A stretch of 64,000 bases of DNA from an uncultured Geobacter sp. (GTDB taxonomy: Bacteria > Desulfobacterota > Desulfuromonadia > Geobacterales > Pseudopelobacteraceae): positions 11,389 to 75,388 of the forward strand of contig CAZUSH010000005.1 of NCBI GenBank assembly GCA_964622705.1, read 5' to 3'. Each line of letters begins with the position of its first letter. Position 1 is the first letter of the stretch. A program made the translations under genes and the position numbers. The notes below the pieces were generated by a model, which was given only the letters and a program-made list of their open reading frames with translations, searched no databases and was not told the origin of the DNA. Shown one piece after another: positions 38,874 through 48,453 of the stretch.

Positions 38874-40448
38874 ATGGTGGCCTCACGAAGCCCGATCATC
38901 GATAAGGTTGACAGAAAACTGGCCTTCAGTTTTGGCGCCGTGGTGCTGGTGCTGATGCTGCTGGTCACCGGAACCTCAAGTTACCTGTTCATCAGGCTGC
39001 AGTCACTGGAGGAGGATCGCCTGTCCGGGGCACTTGCGCGGATCATCGCTGAGTCGGTCAGTAAGGTCAGTTTTTCCGGCACCTACCATGCTCGACTCTT
39101 TGTTGAAGAGATCAAGGCCAAGAGTCCGGAAATCCGTTCCGTCTCACTGATATCACGGGAAGGCCGGATCATTGCCCACAGTAATCCGGCCCGCAACGGT
39201 GCGACCCTGACCGGCGAAGACCTTGCCATGCTCAGGCAGTCCTTGGCCCAAAACACGGCTGTGTCCGGTGAACGATACGCAAACGGCAACAAGGAAAAGG
39301 TTATCCTCCTTCCCTATGGCGGGGGTATCGACGCTGAAATCAACGGCGTAATACGGTTGATCATCGATGTTGCCAAAGTCAGGCAGGAACAGCGTGCCGG
39401 CATCGTTACGATGGTGGTGATTGCAACGCTACTCTCCTGTGCAGCGGTCGTACTGATTCTGCTGCTCAGCCGCTACTTCGGCTCCGCCGTCAAGGAACTG
39501 GCCATGCAACTGCAGGCAATTTTGGACAACTCGCCGGCCCTGATCTATGTCAAGGACCGGACAGGACGCTATCAGTTCGTCAACCAGGCCTGGTGCAGAC
39601 TCTTCCAGACCAGCAACGACAACGTCAAGGGCAAGACCGATCGTGAGCTGTTTCCCGAAGAGGTTGCGCTCCAGTTTATGACAAATGACCAGCGGGTGAT
39701 GACGTCCGATAGGCAACTGACCCTGGAAGAACAACTGCCGGTGGATGAAGAGATCCGCCACTACCACAGCATCAGGGTGGCTGTGCGGGACACCAACGGC
39801 GCTACCTACGGACTTTGCGGTATATCAACGGACATCTCTGAACGCAAGAAGGCTGAAGAAACACTCCGGGAAAGTGAAGAACGGCTCCAGCTTGCCACCC
39901 AGGCCGCCGGCATCGGGATCTGGGACTGGGATGTGGTCAGAAACAGACTGCTCTGGGATGAAAGCATGTACCGGCTCTACGGGCTTCGACGCGAAGATTT
40001 CAACGGCGCGTATGAGGCCTGGTTCCGCTGCATCCATCCCGATGACGCAGCGTTGACGGATCATGCCATCCAGGCCGCCCTGAGCGGCGAAAAGGAGTAC
40101 GCCCCGGAGTTTCGCATCGTTCGACCGGACGGCGCTGTCCGGCTTATCCAGGCAGCCGCCAAGACCTTCCGGGATCAGGAGGGTAAACCGCTGCGCATGA
40201 TCGGCATCAATCTGGATATCACCGAACAAAAACAGTCGGAAGAGAGGATTCGGCTCTTGAACGAGCAGCTTGAACAGCGGGTGCAGGAGCGCACCGCCGA
40301 GCTGGAGCAGAAAAACAGCGAGCTTGAGCGGATGAACAAACTTTTTGTCGGCCGGGAGTTGCGGATGATGGAATTGAAGGAGCGGATCAGGGAGCTGGAG
40401 GGCGCCATGTGCACTGCGGACGTCACCAGGCCGGCCAAGGGCGATTAA
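38874..40448 (+). CDS. Sensor-only protein 3: TM-periplasmic-TM-PAS-PAS + VGREL cap
   Basis: Two TMs, PAS (KDRTGRY...TDISERK), PAS_3 (GIWDWD...IHPDD...LDITEQK); ends FVGRELRMMELKERIRELE. Confidence 0.88.
   Translation: MVASRSPIIDKVDRKLAFSFGAVVLVLMLLVTGTSSYLFIRLQSLEEDRLSGALARIIAESVSKVSFSGTYHARLFVEEIKAKSPEIRSVSLISREGRIIAHSNPARNGATLTGEDLAMLRQSLAQNTAVSGERYANGNKEKVILLPYGGGIDAEINGVIRLIIDVAKVRQEQRAGIVTMVVIATLLSCAAVVLILLLSRYFGSAVKELAMQLQAILDNSPALIYVKDRTGRYQFVNQAWCRLFQTSNDNVKGKTDRELFPEEVALQFMTNDQRVMTSDRQLTLEEQLPVDEEIRHYHSIRVAVRDTNGATYGLCGISTDISERKKAEETLRESEERLQLATQAAGIGIWDWDVVRNRLLWDESMYRLYGLRREDFNGAYEAWFRCIHPDDAALTDHAIQAALSGEKEYAPEFRIVRPDGAVRLIQAAAKTFRDQEGKPLRMIGINLDITEQKQSEERIRLLNEQLEQRVQERTAELEQKNSELERMNKLFVGRELRMMELKERIRELEGAMCTADVTRPAKGD
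40260..40401 (+). repeat. VGREL cap copy 3
   Basis: Colinear; Phe codon at offset +84 as in all copies. Confidence 0.85.
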
Positions 40449-40463
40449 AAGGGGATAACCACC

Positions 40464-43229
40464 ATGCCGTCTTGCAGACATATTTTCTGTCGGACACTGC
40501 TGTTCCTGCTGCTTGCCGCCGCCTTCCCGGTGCATTTTCCAACGCCGGCGCTTGCCCATGCCCAGGTTCAAAAGCGGGAGAACATCCTCGTCCTTCATTC
40601 CTACAGTCAGGATTTCATCTGGACCCGTTCGCAACAGGAGGGGATCGACGCCGTCTTCGGGTCGCTTGCCGCCGCATACGACGTGCAGATCGAGTACCTG
40701 GATGCGGTGCACTACCCGGAATTGCTGCAAGACCCCCGCCTGCTCGACATCCTGCGGGCCAAGTACCCGAACCGGCATTTCAAGGTAGTGCTGACCTCGG
40801 ACAACGCCGCGTTCAATTTTGCCCGCGCCCATCGCGCCGAACTCTTCCCCGGCGTACCGATCGTCTTCATGGGGGTAAACGGCTATACGGACAGACTGCT
40901 GCAAGGGGAGAAGGGGATTACCGGCGTGGCCGAGGACACCGACCTCGCCGGGACGCTCAAGGTGCTGCAACAACTGCTGCCCCGGACCAAACGGATTGTC
41001 TTCCCCGGCATGACGGACGACATTACCTATCACGCCATCCGCGCCACGATCACCAAGGAACTCACGGTGCTCCCGCCGGAGATCAGGACCGAATTCCCGG
41101 AGTATCCTGATGTGGATGCAGCCCTTGATGCCTTGCGGAAACTCCCGCCGGATGCGGCAATCGTCATCATGACCAACATGCGCACCCGCAACGGCCAGGG
41201 GATCAGCAGCCAGCGTGTCGTGGAGCTGGTCTCGGCGGCTGCGCCGGTCCCGGTCTTCACGAACTGGGACTTCACGGTCGGCCACGGGGCAACGGGTGGG
41301 AGCGTCATCAGCGGCGTCGAGCAGGGACGCCAGGCAGCGGAGATCGCGTTGCGGGTACTGCGGGGTGAACGTCCCGAGTCGATTCCGGTACGTCGCGGGG
41401 CCGGTAAGGCGTTGCTGTTTGACTACCGGCAACTGGTCCGGTTTGACATCCCGTCGTCACGTCTGCCGCCGGGGAGTGTCGTGCTGTTTGCGCCGGAGCG
41501 TATCCTGCGGATCTCACGCGAAACGGCCTGGGCGGTCGGTATCTCGTTTGTGTTACTGCTCGGCGTCACCGTTTCGCTGGTGCTCTCGGTACGGCGCCGC
41601 CGACGCGCCGAAGAACAGGTCCGCGTGATCAACCGGGAGCTGGAGTCGACAAACAGCGCGCTTGGTATCGAGATTGAAGGACACCGGCAGGCCGAGAGAA
41701 AACTCTCCCGCCTGAACCGGGAGCTCAGGGCCATCAGCAACTGCAACCAAGTGCTTATCAAGGCCGAGGATGAACAGACCCTTCTGAACGAGGTCTGCCG
41801 CATTGTCTGCGACGAGGCCGGCTACCGTATGGCATGGGCCGGCTATCCGGTGCATGATGAGGCGAAGACCTTGCAACCGGCTGCTTGGGCCGGAGCCGAG
41901 GACGGCTATCTTGTAAACGCCCAACTCACCTGGGCCGATACGGAACGGGGACAAGGTCCCGGTGGAACGTCGATTCGTACCGGAAAGAGCTGCTGTATCC
42001 AGGATTTTGCCACCGATCCCCATGCCGTCCCTTGGCGGGAGAGCGCCTTGCAGCGCGGCTACCGCTCGTGCATAGCGCTTCCGTTGAAAAGCGTTGAAAA
42101 CAGCGTCTTCGGCGTGCTGGTCATCTATTCCACGGAACCCGATGCCTTTACCTCTGACGAAATCCGGCTCATGGAAGAGCTGGCGGGGGATCTCGCCTTC
42201 GGCATCAGGAGCCTGCGCACCCGCAATGCCCGCAAGGAGGCGGAAGATGCACTGCATATCCAGACCGTTGAACTTGAGCAGGAGATGGCGCAGCGGCAGC
42301 GCGCCCAGGAAGAATTGCAGCAATTGAATAACGAGCTTGAGCTGCGTGTCAGGCAGCGGACCAGTGAGCTCTCCGATAAAAACAACGAACTGCAAAAGGC
42401 CTACGATGAGTTGAAAATCACCCAGACACGGCTGCTGCAGCAGGACAAGATGGCCTCCATCGGCCAATTGGCCGCCGGAGTAGCCCATGAGATAAATAAT
42501 CCGATGGGATTCATCAGCAGCAATCTTTCCAGTCTTGGCCGCTATACGGAGAAGCTTGCCGCCTATCTGGAGGACGGCGAACAGGCGATTGCCGCTGCTG
42601 CGCCGGAACTGGGCGAGACGCTGGCCCAGCAGCGTAAGGCGTTGAAGATCGACCGGATCCTCCAGGATCTGCCGGAGCTGATCAACGAATCCCGTGACGG
42701 CGCCGAGCGGGTGCGGCGGATCGTACAGGATTTGAAGAATTTTTCCAGGGTTGATGCCAAGCAGGTACATGCCGACCTGAACGAAGGGCTGGAGAGCACC
42801 CTGGCCATCGTCTGGAACGAACTGAAGTACAAGGCGACGGTAACCAAGGACTATGGCACCTTGCCGCCCGTCTGTTGCAATCCGGGACAGATCAACCAGG
42901 TATTCATGAACCTGCTGATAAACGCGGCCCAGGCGATCGAAAGCCTGGGCGAGATACGCATACGCACCTGGAGCGAAGACAACAGCGTCCATGTTTCCAT
43001 CAGTGACACCGGCTGCGGCATTCCTGAAGAGGTGCGCAGACATATCTTTGATCCCTTCTTTACCACCAAGGAAGTGGGCAAGGGAACCGGCCTTGGGCTG
43101 GCCATTGCCTATGACATTGTCGTCAACAAACATGGCGGCAAGATTGATCTGCAGAGCGAAGCCGGGAAGGGGACAACCTTTACCATCACCTTGCCGATCA
43201 CACCCCGGGAACAGGAGATGCCGACTTGA
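40464..43229 (+). CDS. Histidine kinase: periplasmic ABC_sub_bind-like domain-TM-GAF-HisKA-HATPase (NtrB class)
   Basis: [41 protein letters not shown]. Confidence 0.92.
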   Translation: MPSCRHIFCRTLLFLLLAAAFPVHFPTPALAHAQVQKRENILVLHSYSQDFIWTRSQQEGIDAVFGSLAAAYDVQIEYLDAVHYPELLQDPRLLDILRAKYPNRHFKVVLTSDNAAFNFARAHRAELFPGVPIVFMGVNGYTDRLLQGEKGITGVAEDTDLAGTLKVLQQLLPRTKRIVFPGMTDDITYHAIRATITKELTVLPPEIRTEFPEYPDVDAALDALRKLPPDAAIVIMTNMRTRNGQGISSQRVVELVSAAAPVPVFTNWDFTVGHGATGGSVISGVEQGRQAAEIALRVLRGERPESIPVRRGAGKALLFDYRQLVRFDIPSSRLPPGSVVLFAPERILRISRETAWAVGISFVLLLGVTVSLVLSVRRRRRAEEQVRVINRELESTNSALGIEIEGHRQAERKLSRLNRELRAISNCNQVLIKAEDEQTLLNEVCRIVCDEAGYRMAWAGYPVHDEAKTLQPAAWAGAEDGYLVNAQLTWADTERGQGPGGTSIRTGKSCCIQDFATDPHAVPWRESALQRGYRSCIALPLKSVENSVFGVLVIYSTEPDAFTSDEIRLMEELAGDLAFGIRSLRTRNARKEAEDALHIQTVELEQEMAQRQRAQEELQQLNNELELRVRQRTSELSDKNNELQKAYDELKITQTRLLQQDKMASIGQLAAGVAHEINNPMGFISSNLSSLGRYTEKLAAYLEDGEQAIAAAAPELGETLAQQRKALKIDRILQDLPELINESRDGAERVRRIVQDLKNFSRVDAKQVHADLNEGLESTLAIVWNELKYKATVTKDYGTLPPVCCNPGQINQVFMNLLINAAQAIESLGEIRIRTWSEDNSVHVSISDTGCGIPEEVRRHIFDPFFTTKEVGKGTGLGLAIAYDIVVNKHGGKIDLQSEAGKGTTFTITLPITPREQEMPT

Positions 43230-43879
43230 GTGCGCACGACAAACCATCCGAAACGATTTTCTCGATGCTCACCATCACGGCCCTGGTGCTCGGTATCTAC
43301 ATCAGCGGCCAGTATAGCTTTCTTTTGTTCCACGGACTCGTCGAGCTCGTCAGCATGTATGACGTTGCCAACAAGCTCGGCCACATCGCCAAGCTGGTGG
43401 CGTTCTATCTGATGTACCGGGCGATACTCGTCACCGGTCTCAAGGAACCTTTTGAAGTTGTCTTCAGAACGTAAAAGCCAACGGAACAGGAACTGCGCGA
43501 GTACCAGGAAACCCTGGAAGAACGGATCAGGGAACGGACCGTGCAACTGGAACTTGAAATCACCGGACACAAACAGACCGAGGAAGCGCTTCAGCTTCAA
43601 ACCGCCGGACTTGGACAGGAGATGGCCAAGCGGCAGAGGGCGCAAGAGGCGCTGCAGCAAAAGGCGATCCTGTTGAAAAAAGAGAGCGAAAAACGGCAAC
43701 AGGCTCAGGAAGAACTGGAAAAATTGAACGAGCAACTGGAGCAGCGGGTACAGCAGCGTACTGCCGAACTGGAGGCAAAAAACGTCGAACTATCCCGCAT
43801 GAACAAGATCTTCGTCGGTCGAGAGCTGAAGATGATCGAGCTGAAAGAGCGGATCAGAGAGCTGGAAAACGAGAGGTAA
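43226..43879 (+). pseudogene. Sensor-only protein 4 (pseudogene): internally deleted MASE3 + in-frame TAA + VGREL cap
   Basis: 43226-43474 and 43541-43879 are in the same frame, separated by TAA at 43472; MASE3 N- and C-ends joined directly. Confidence 0.8.
43727..43868 (+). repeat. VGREL cap copy 4
   Basis: MNKIFVGRELKMIELKERIRELE; colinear. Confidence 0.85.
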
Positions 43880-43885
43880 TATTTG

Positions 43886-45901
43886 ATGATCACGGATCAT
43901 GCCCCTACGGCGGCAACCGGATTTACCCCGAGCGACGGACATCTCAACCGCGCCTTGTACGCTGCAACGACAGTCGGTATCCTGTTCGGAATCTACGCGA
44001 GCAGCCTGTATAACTATCTTTTGTTTCACAGCCTGGTCGAAGTTGCGACGGTTGCCGTCGCCTTTGCCCTGTTTGCCTTCACCTGGAGCGCCCGCCGTTT
44101 TCTGAGCACCGGTTGCCTCAAGGTAATCGGCATCGGCTACGGCCTGATAGCCCTGATTGACCTTTTGCATACCCTGGCCTATAAGGGTATGGGCGTTTTC
44201 CCGGGCTATGATGCCAACCTGCCCACCCAGCTCTGGATCGCCGCTCGTACCCTGCAGGCGATCCTGCTCTGCATCGCACCGCTCTATGCCCGGCGCAATC
44301 TTGATGAACGGCATTTCTTCATGCTTGCCCTTGTTGCAACGGCAACCGCTACGGCACTGGTCTTTGCCGGGGTGTTTCCCGACTGCTTCATCGAGGGCAA
44401 GGGACTCACTCCCTTCAAGATTGCAGCAGAATACGTCATCAGCGCCGTCCTTGTCGCTGCGCTCGCACTTTTCGTTAGTGTGCGGACGTCGTTCAACAGC
44501 AGGGTGTTCGTGCTCCTGGTTGCCGGGATCCTCTGTACCATCGGTTCCGAATTGGCCTTTACCTCCTACATCAGTGTCTATGGTCCCGCCAACATGGCGG
44601 GGCACCTTCTGAAGCTGGCCGCCTTTGCCCTGGCCTACCTGGCTCTGATCGATACCGGCTTCAAGGAGCCGTTTGAACTTGTTTTCCGGGACCTGCAACA
44701 GGCCGGACAGCGGTTGCGCGAGCATCAGGAAACCCTGGAAGACCGGATCAGAGAACGGACCGCTGCGCTTGAAAGCATGAATGAGACCCTTGCAGAGGAG
44801 GTGCGGGAGCGTATCCGGGCCGAGGATGCCCTGCAGCGCCTGAACCGCGAGTTGCGTGCCGTCAGCACCTGCAATCAGGTGTTGATGAAGGCGGTGGACG
44901 AGGCCGGCCTGCTGGCTGAGATCTGCCGGATTGTCTGCGACGAGGCCGGCTACCCCATGGCCTGGGTGGGCTATCCCGAAAACGATGCGAACCGGACCGT
45001 ACGGCCGATTGCCTGGGCCGGTGTGGAGGGGGACGCGCTTGCAACGGCACATGTCAGTTGGGCCGACACCGAACGGGGATATGGCCCTGCCGGCGTGGCG
45101 GTCAGAACGGGCAGGGTGGATTGCTCGCAGGACTTCAGTGCCGACCCGCGTATGCTCCCCTGGCGGGAAAAAGTCCTGCAGCGGGGATATCACTCCTGCA
45201 TTGCCTTGCCGCTCAAGGATGATCGGGCGGCGGTCTTTGGCGTGCTGTGCATCTATTCGACGGAAGTAAATGCCTTCACGCCGGATGAAACCCGGCTTCT
45301 GGAGGAACTGGCGAACGACCTGGCATTTGGCATGTGCATGCTGCGAAGTCGCAAGGCTCGTAAAGAGGCTGAACAGCGAAGTGTTCTCCTTAGTTTTGCT
45401 CTCGATAACGTACGCGAGGCGACCTTTCTGATCGACGAACAGGCGTACTTTCACTACGTCAACGAAGAGGCGTGCCGTCTGCTCGGCTACAGTCGCGACG
45501 AATTGCTCGGTCTTGGTGTGGCCGATGTGGACCCTGATTTTCCACGGGAACTCTGGCCGGCGCATTGGGCGGAACTGAGGCAACACCGCTCCCTCACCTT
45601 TGAGGGGCGGCACAGAACCAAGGAGGGTACGCTCATTCCGGTTGAGATCAACGCCAACTACCTGGAGTACGACGGCCGGGGGTTCAATCTGGCCTTGGTG
45701 CGCAATATCACCGAACGCAAGCGTTCGGAAGAGGAAATCCGAAAACTTAATCAGGACCTGGAACAACGCGTAACAGAACGTACCGCCGCGCTTGAGGCGA
45801 AAAACCTGGAACAGGAAAAGATGCTCAGGGCGTTTGTCGGCAGAGAGCTGAAGATGGTCGAACTGAAAAAGAAGATTGAACAGCTTGAGAAATCATCCTG
45901 A
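43886..45901 (+). CDS. Sensor-only protein 5: MASE3-GAF-PAS + VGREL cap
   Basis: NYLLFHSLVE...LHTLAYKGMG...TQLWIAAR MASE3 signature, GAF, PAS; ends FVGRELKMVELKKKIEQLE. Confidence 0.88.
   Translation: MITDHAPTAATGFTPSDGHLNRALYAATTVGILFGIYASSLYNYLLFHSLVEVATVAVAFALFAFTWSARRFLSTGCLKVIGIGYGLIALIDLLHTLAYKGMGVFPGYDANLPTQLWIAARTLQAILLCIAPLYARRNLDERHFFMLALVATATATALVFAGVFPDCFIEGKGLTPFKIAAEYVISAVLVAALALFVSVRTSFNSRVFVLLVAGILCTIGSELAFTSYISVYGPANMAGHLLKLAAFALAYLALIDTGFKEPFELVFRDLQQAGQRLREHQETLEDRIRERTAALESMNETLAEEVRERIRAEDALQRLNRELRAVSTCNQVLMKAVDEAGLLAEICRIVCDEAGYPMAWVGYPENDANRTVRPIAWAGVEGDALATAHVSWADTERGYGPAGVAVRTGRVDCSQDFSADPRMLPWREKVLQRGYHSCIALPLKDDRAAVFGVLCIYSTEVNAFTPDETRLLEELANDLAFGMCMLRSRKARKEAEQRSVLLSFALDNVREATFLIDEQAYFHYVNEEACRLLGYSRDELLGLGVADVDPDFPRELWPAHWAELRQHRSLTFEGRHRTKEGTLIPVEINANYLEYDGRGFNLALVRNITERKRSEEEIRKLNQDLEQRVTERTAALEAKNLEQEKMLRAFVGRELKMVELKKKIEQLEKSS
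45749..45890 (+). repeat. VGREL cap copy 5
   Basis: Colinear, most divergent copy. Confidence 0.8.
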
Positions 45902-45943
45902 TTGCGCCGGATTATACAGCCGGCAGGCACAAGGAGAGGAACC

Positions 45944-46813
45944 GTGCGATCCATATTGCATAAAATCATTTTCGTCTGCCTGCTGCTGTGTTCTTTGTCG
46001 CTATCCCGTATGCTCTGTGCAACCGCCCTGGCTGTTGAAGAACCTGCCCCGGTCTACACCTTTGGGGTGGTGCCCCAGTTTGAACAGCGCAAACTCTACG
46101 CCATCTGGCAACCGATCATTGCCGAACTGACCAGACGTACCGGCTTCAAATTTAAGCTGGTTACAACGTTGAGCATTGAAAGCTTTGAAAAGGAGTTTAT
46201 GAGCGGTGGATTTGATTTTGTGTATATGAACCCCTACCATATTCTGAAGGCTCCCCGTTATCTACCGCTGGTTGCCGATACCGTGCCGTTGCGCGGCATT
46301 CTCGTGGTCCGCCGGGATTCACCGCTACGGAGCCTCAAGGAGCTGGAGGGAAAGGAGGTCGCCTTTCCCTCGCCCAACGCCCTGGGCGCCTCTTTGCTGA
46401 TGCGGGCGGACCTCGCACGGGTGCAGCGGATCAAGGTGAAGCCGCTGTATGTCAAGACGCATAGTTCGGTCTACCTGCATGTTGTGCAAGGGCTGACGGC
46501 AGCCGGTGGCGGGGTTGAAAAGAGTCTGAGCGAACAGGCGCCGGCCATCCGCAATGCCCTGCGGGTCATCTATACGACACGGGAGATGACGCCGCATCCC
46601 GTCGCGGCCAATCGGCGCATCCGGCCAGCTGACCGGGAGAAACTGCGGCAGGCCCTGCTGGCGATGGACGCGACCCCGGAAGGAAGGGCGCTGTTGGCGA
46701 ATATCCCCACCAAAGGGCTCATGCCGGTTTCCCGGGCCGACTATGAGCGGATGCGCGCCTGGGGGCTGGATGCCTACTGGGTCGACCTGTGGAAATCAGG
46801 GGCGAACCGATGA
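45944..46813 (+). CDS. PhnD-like periplasmic substrate-binding protein (orphan)
   Basis: Signal peptide; FGVVPQ, YMNPY, ELEGKEVAFPSPNALGAS, THSSVY; GTG after GGAGAGG. Confidence 0.88.
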   Translation: MRSILHKIIFVCLLLCSLSLSRMLCATALAVEEPAPVYTFGVVPQFEQRKLYAIWQPIIAELTRRTGFKFKLVTTLSIESFEKEFMSGGFDFVYMNPYHILKAPRYLPLVADTVPLRGILVVRRDSPLRSLKELEGKEVAFPSPNALGASLLMRADLARVQRIKVKPLYVKTHSSVYLHVVQGLTAAGGGVEKSLSEQAPAIRNALRVIYTTREMTPHPVAANRRIRPADREKLRQALLAMDATPEGRALLANIPTKGLMPVSRADYERMRAWGLDAYWVDLWKSGANR

Positions 46814-48423
46814 ACCTGCGCGGTAAGATCTTTCTGCCATTGGCGCTGCTCAGCGCCCTACTCTTCCTGTTCCTGTACGGATACTGGTTTCCGAAGTCTC
46901 TGCACAACTTGGAACAAGAGGAATTGCATGCGACCGCGCAACATCTGAGCAGCGTTGCAGAAGGGCTGGTGCCGCTATTACTGGCGCATCAACTGGACAC
47001 GCTCTATGCAAACCTTGACTCCCTGCACAGCCAAAACAGGGATTGGGTCGCCATCCGCCTGGTCGATGCCGACGGCAGATTGCTCTATCCCCTGCAGGAA
47101 ACACCGCCTGTAGCCGATGACGACAACCTGCGCACGCTTGAACATCGCATACAGTTCCTCGGCAACGACTTGGGAAAACTCTCGCTGACCATCAACCTTT
47201 CTTCGGCCGTCACACCGATGCAGACGCGGTATCGGCAGCTCGTCACCGCTTTGCTGATGGTGCTCTGCGGGTATCTTCTCAGTATCGGCTATGTGGTGGA
47301 ACGCGTGGTGAGACGACCGGTCAACCGTCTTGCCTACGCGGCCGCGAAGATTGCACAGGGTGATTTCGAGCTGCCCCTGGTAAAGACCGGCAATGACGAA
47401 GTGGGAACACTGGTAGACAGTTTTGCCGCCATGCGGAATGCCATCCGGGACTATCAGGAGACCTTGCTGGTACGTAATCGTGCGATCGGCAGGCTGTCCC
47501 AGGCTGTGGAGCAGAGCCCGGTTTCCATTGTGATCACCGATCTCGAAGGACGGATCACCTTCGTTAACCCGGCGTTCAGCCGGATAACCGGTTATACCCC
47601 TGAAGAGGTGTTGGGGCGAAATCCCCGCATCCTCAAGTCGGGCATGACGAGCGCGGACGAATACGCGGCCTTGTGGCGAAGCATCAGCGCGGGCGGGACA
47701 TGGTCCGGCGAGTTCTGCAATAAACGGAAAAGCGGAGAATTGTACTGGGAGTCGGCCTCCATCGCACCCATTTTGGATGAAAACGGAACGATTACTGCCT
47801 ATCTGGCGCTAAAAGAGGATATCTCCGAACGGAAGCTGGCTGAAGATACCCTGCGTAAAACGGCAGCGCGTCTGAGCGAAGCCCAGCGTATTGCGCAGAT
47901 GGGAAACTGGGAGCTTGATCTCACCTGCTGGCGTTTCTCTTGGTCTGATGAGGTGTATCGCATCTGCGAGGTCGATCCGGCAGCGTTTGAGGCCTCCTAT
48001 GAGGCGTTTCTCCAGCTGGTCCATCCTGATGACCGCGAAACGGTCGATGCCGCCTACCACACTGCCGTCAGGACCCGGACCTTTTATTCGATCGATCATA
48101 GATTGCTCTTGGCCGGAGGTAAGGTAAAATATGTCCACGAACAAGGTGAGACATGCTACGAGCGTGAAACGCCGGTTCGTTTTGTGGGAACCGTACAGGA
48201 CATCACCGAGCAGAAGCTGGTGGAGGAACGACTGCGAACCCTCTCGGCCGAACTGGAACAACGGGTCAGCGAGCGGACTGCCGAACTGCAGGAGAAGTAT
48301 GCGGAGCTTGAACGCCTGAACAGGCTGTTCGTTGGAAGAGAGTTGCGGATGGTGGAGTTGAAAGAGCAGATTAAGGCGCTTGAGCAACGGGCAACGGGTG
48401 TCAACTACAGTAACGATGCATAA
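46810..48423 (+). CDS. Sensor-only protein 6: TM-periplasmic-TM-HAMP-PAS-PAS + VGREL cap
   Basis: HAMP (DEVGTLVDSF), PAS (AVEQSPVSIVITD...GRNPRILKSG), PAS_3; ends FVGRELRMVELKEQIKALE. Confidence 0.88.
   Translation: MNLRGKIFLPLALLSALLFLFLYGYWFPKSLHNLEQEELHATAQHLSSVAEGLVPLLLAHQLDTLYANLDSLHSQNRDWVAIRLVDADGRLLYPLQETPPVADDDNLRTLEHRIQFLGNDLGKLSLTINLSSAVTPMQTRYRQLVTALLMVLCGYLLSIGYVVERVVRRPVNRLAYAAAKIAQGDFELPLVKTGNDEVGTLVDSFAAMRNAIRDYQETLLVRNRAIGRLSQAVEQSPVSIVITDLEGRITFVNPAFSRITGYTPEEVLGRNPRILKSGMTSADEYAALWRSISAGGTWSGEFCNKRKSGELYWESASIAPILDENGTITAYLALKEDISERKLAEDTLRKTAARLSEAQRIAQMGNWELDLTCWRFSWSDEVYRICEVDPAAFEASYEAFLQLVHPDDRETVDAAYHTAVRTRTFYSIDHRLLLAGGKVKYVHEQGETCYERETPVRFVGTVQDITEQKLVEERLRTLSAELEQRVSERTAELQEKYAELERLNRLFVGRELRMVELKEQIKALEQRATGVNYSNDA
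48244..48385 (+). repeat. VGREL cap copy 6
   Basis: Colinear; Phe codon at offset +84. Confidence 0.85.
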
Positions 48424-48453
48424 TACCGCAAACCGTAAGGAGCACCTTGGGTT

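Noticed and set aside
39825-45766. Long minus-strand ORFs 39825-41432, 41553-43247 and 43790-45766
   Set aside because: Antisense shadows of well-supported plus-strand genes in GC-rich DNA; no recognisable motifs
30611-48423. Kinase-less sensors as frameshift or assembly artefacts of full kinases
   Set aside because: Six independent ORFs stop shortly after the same motif, each followed by an intact unrelated gene; no H/N/G boxes appear in other frames after the stops
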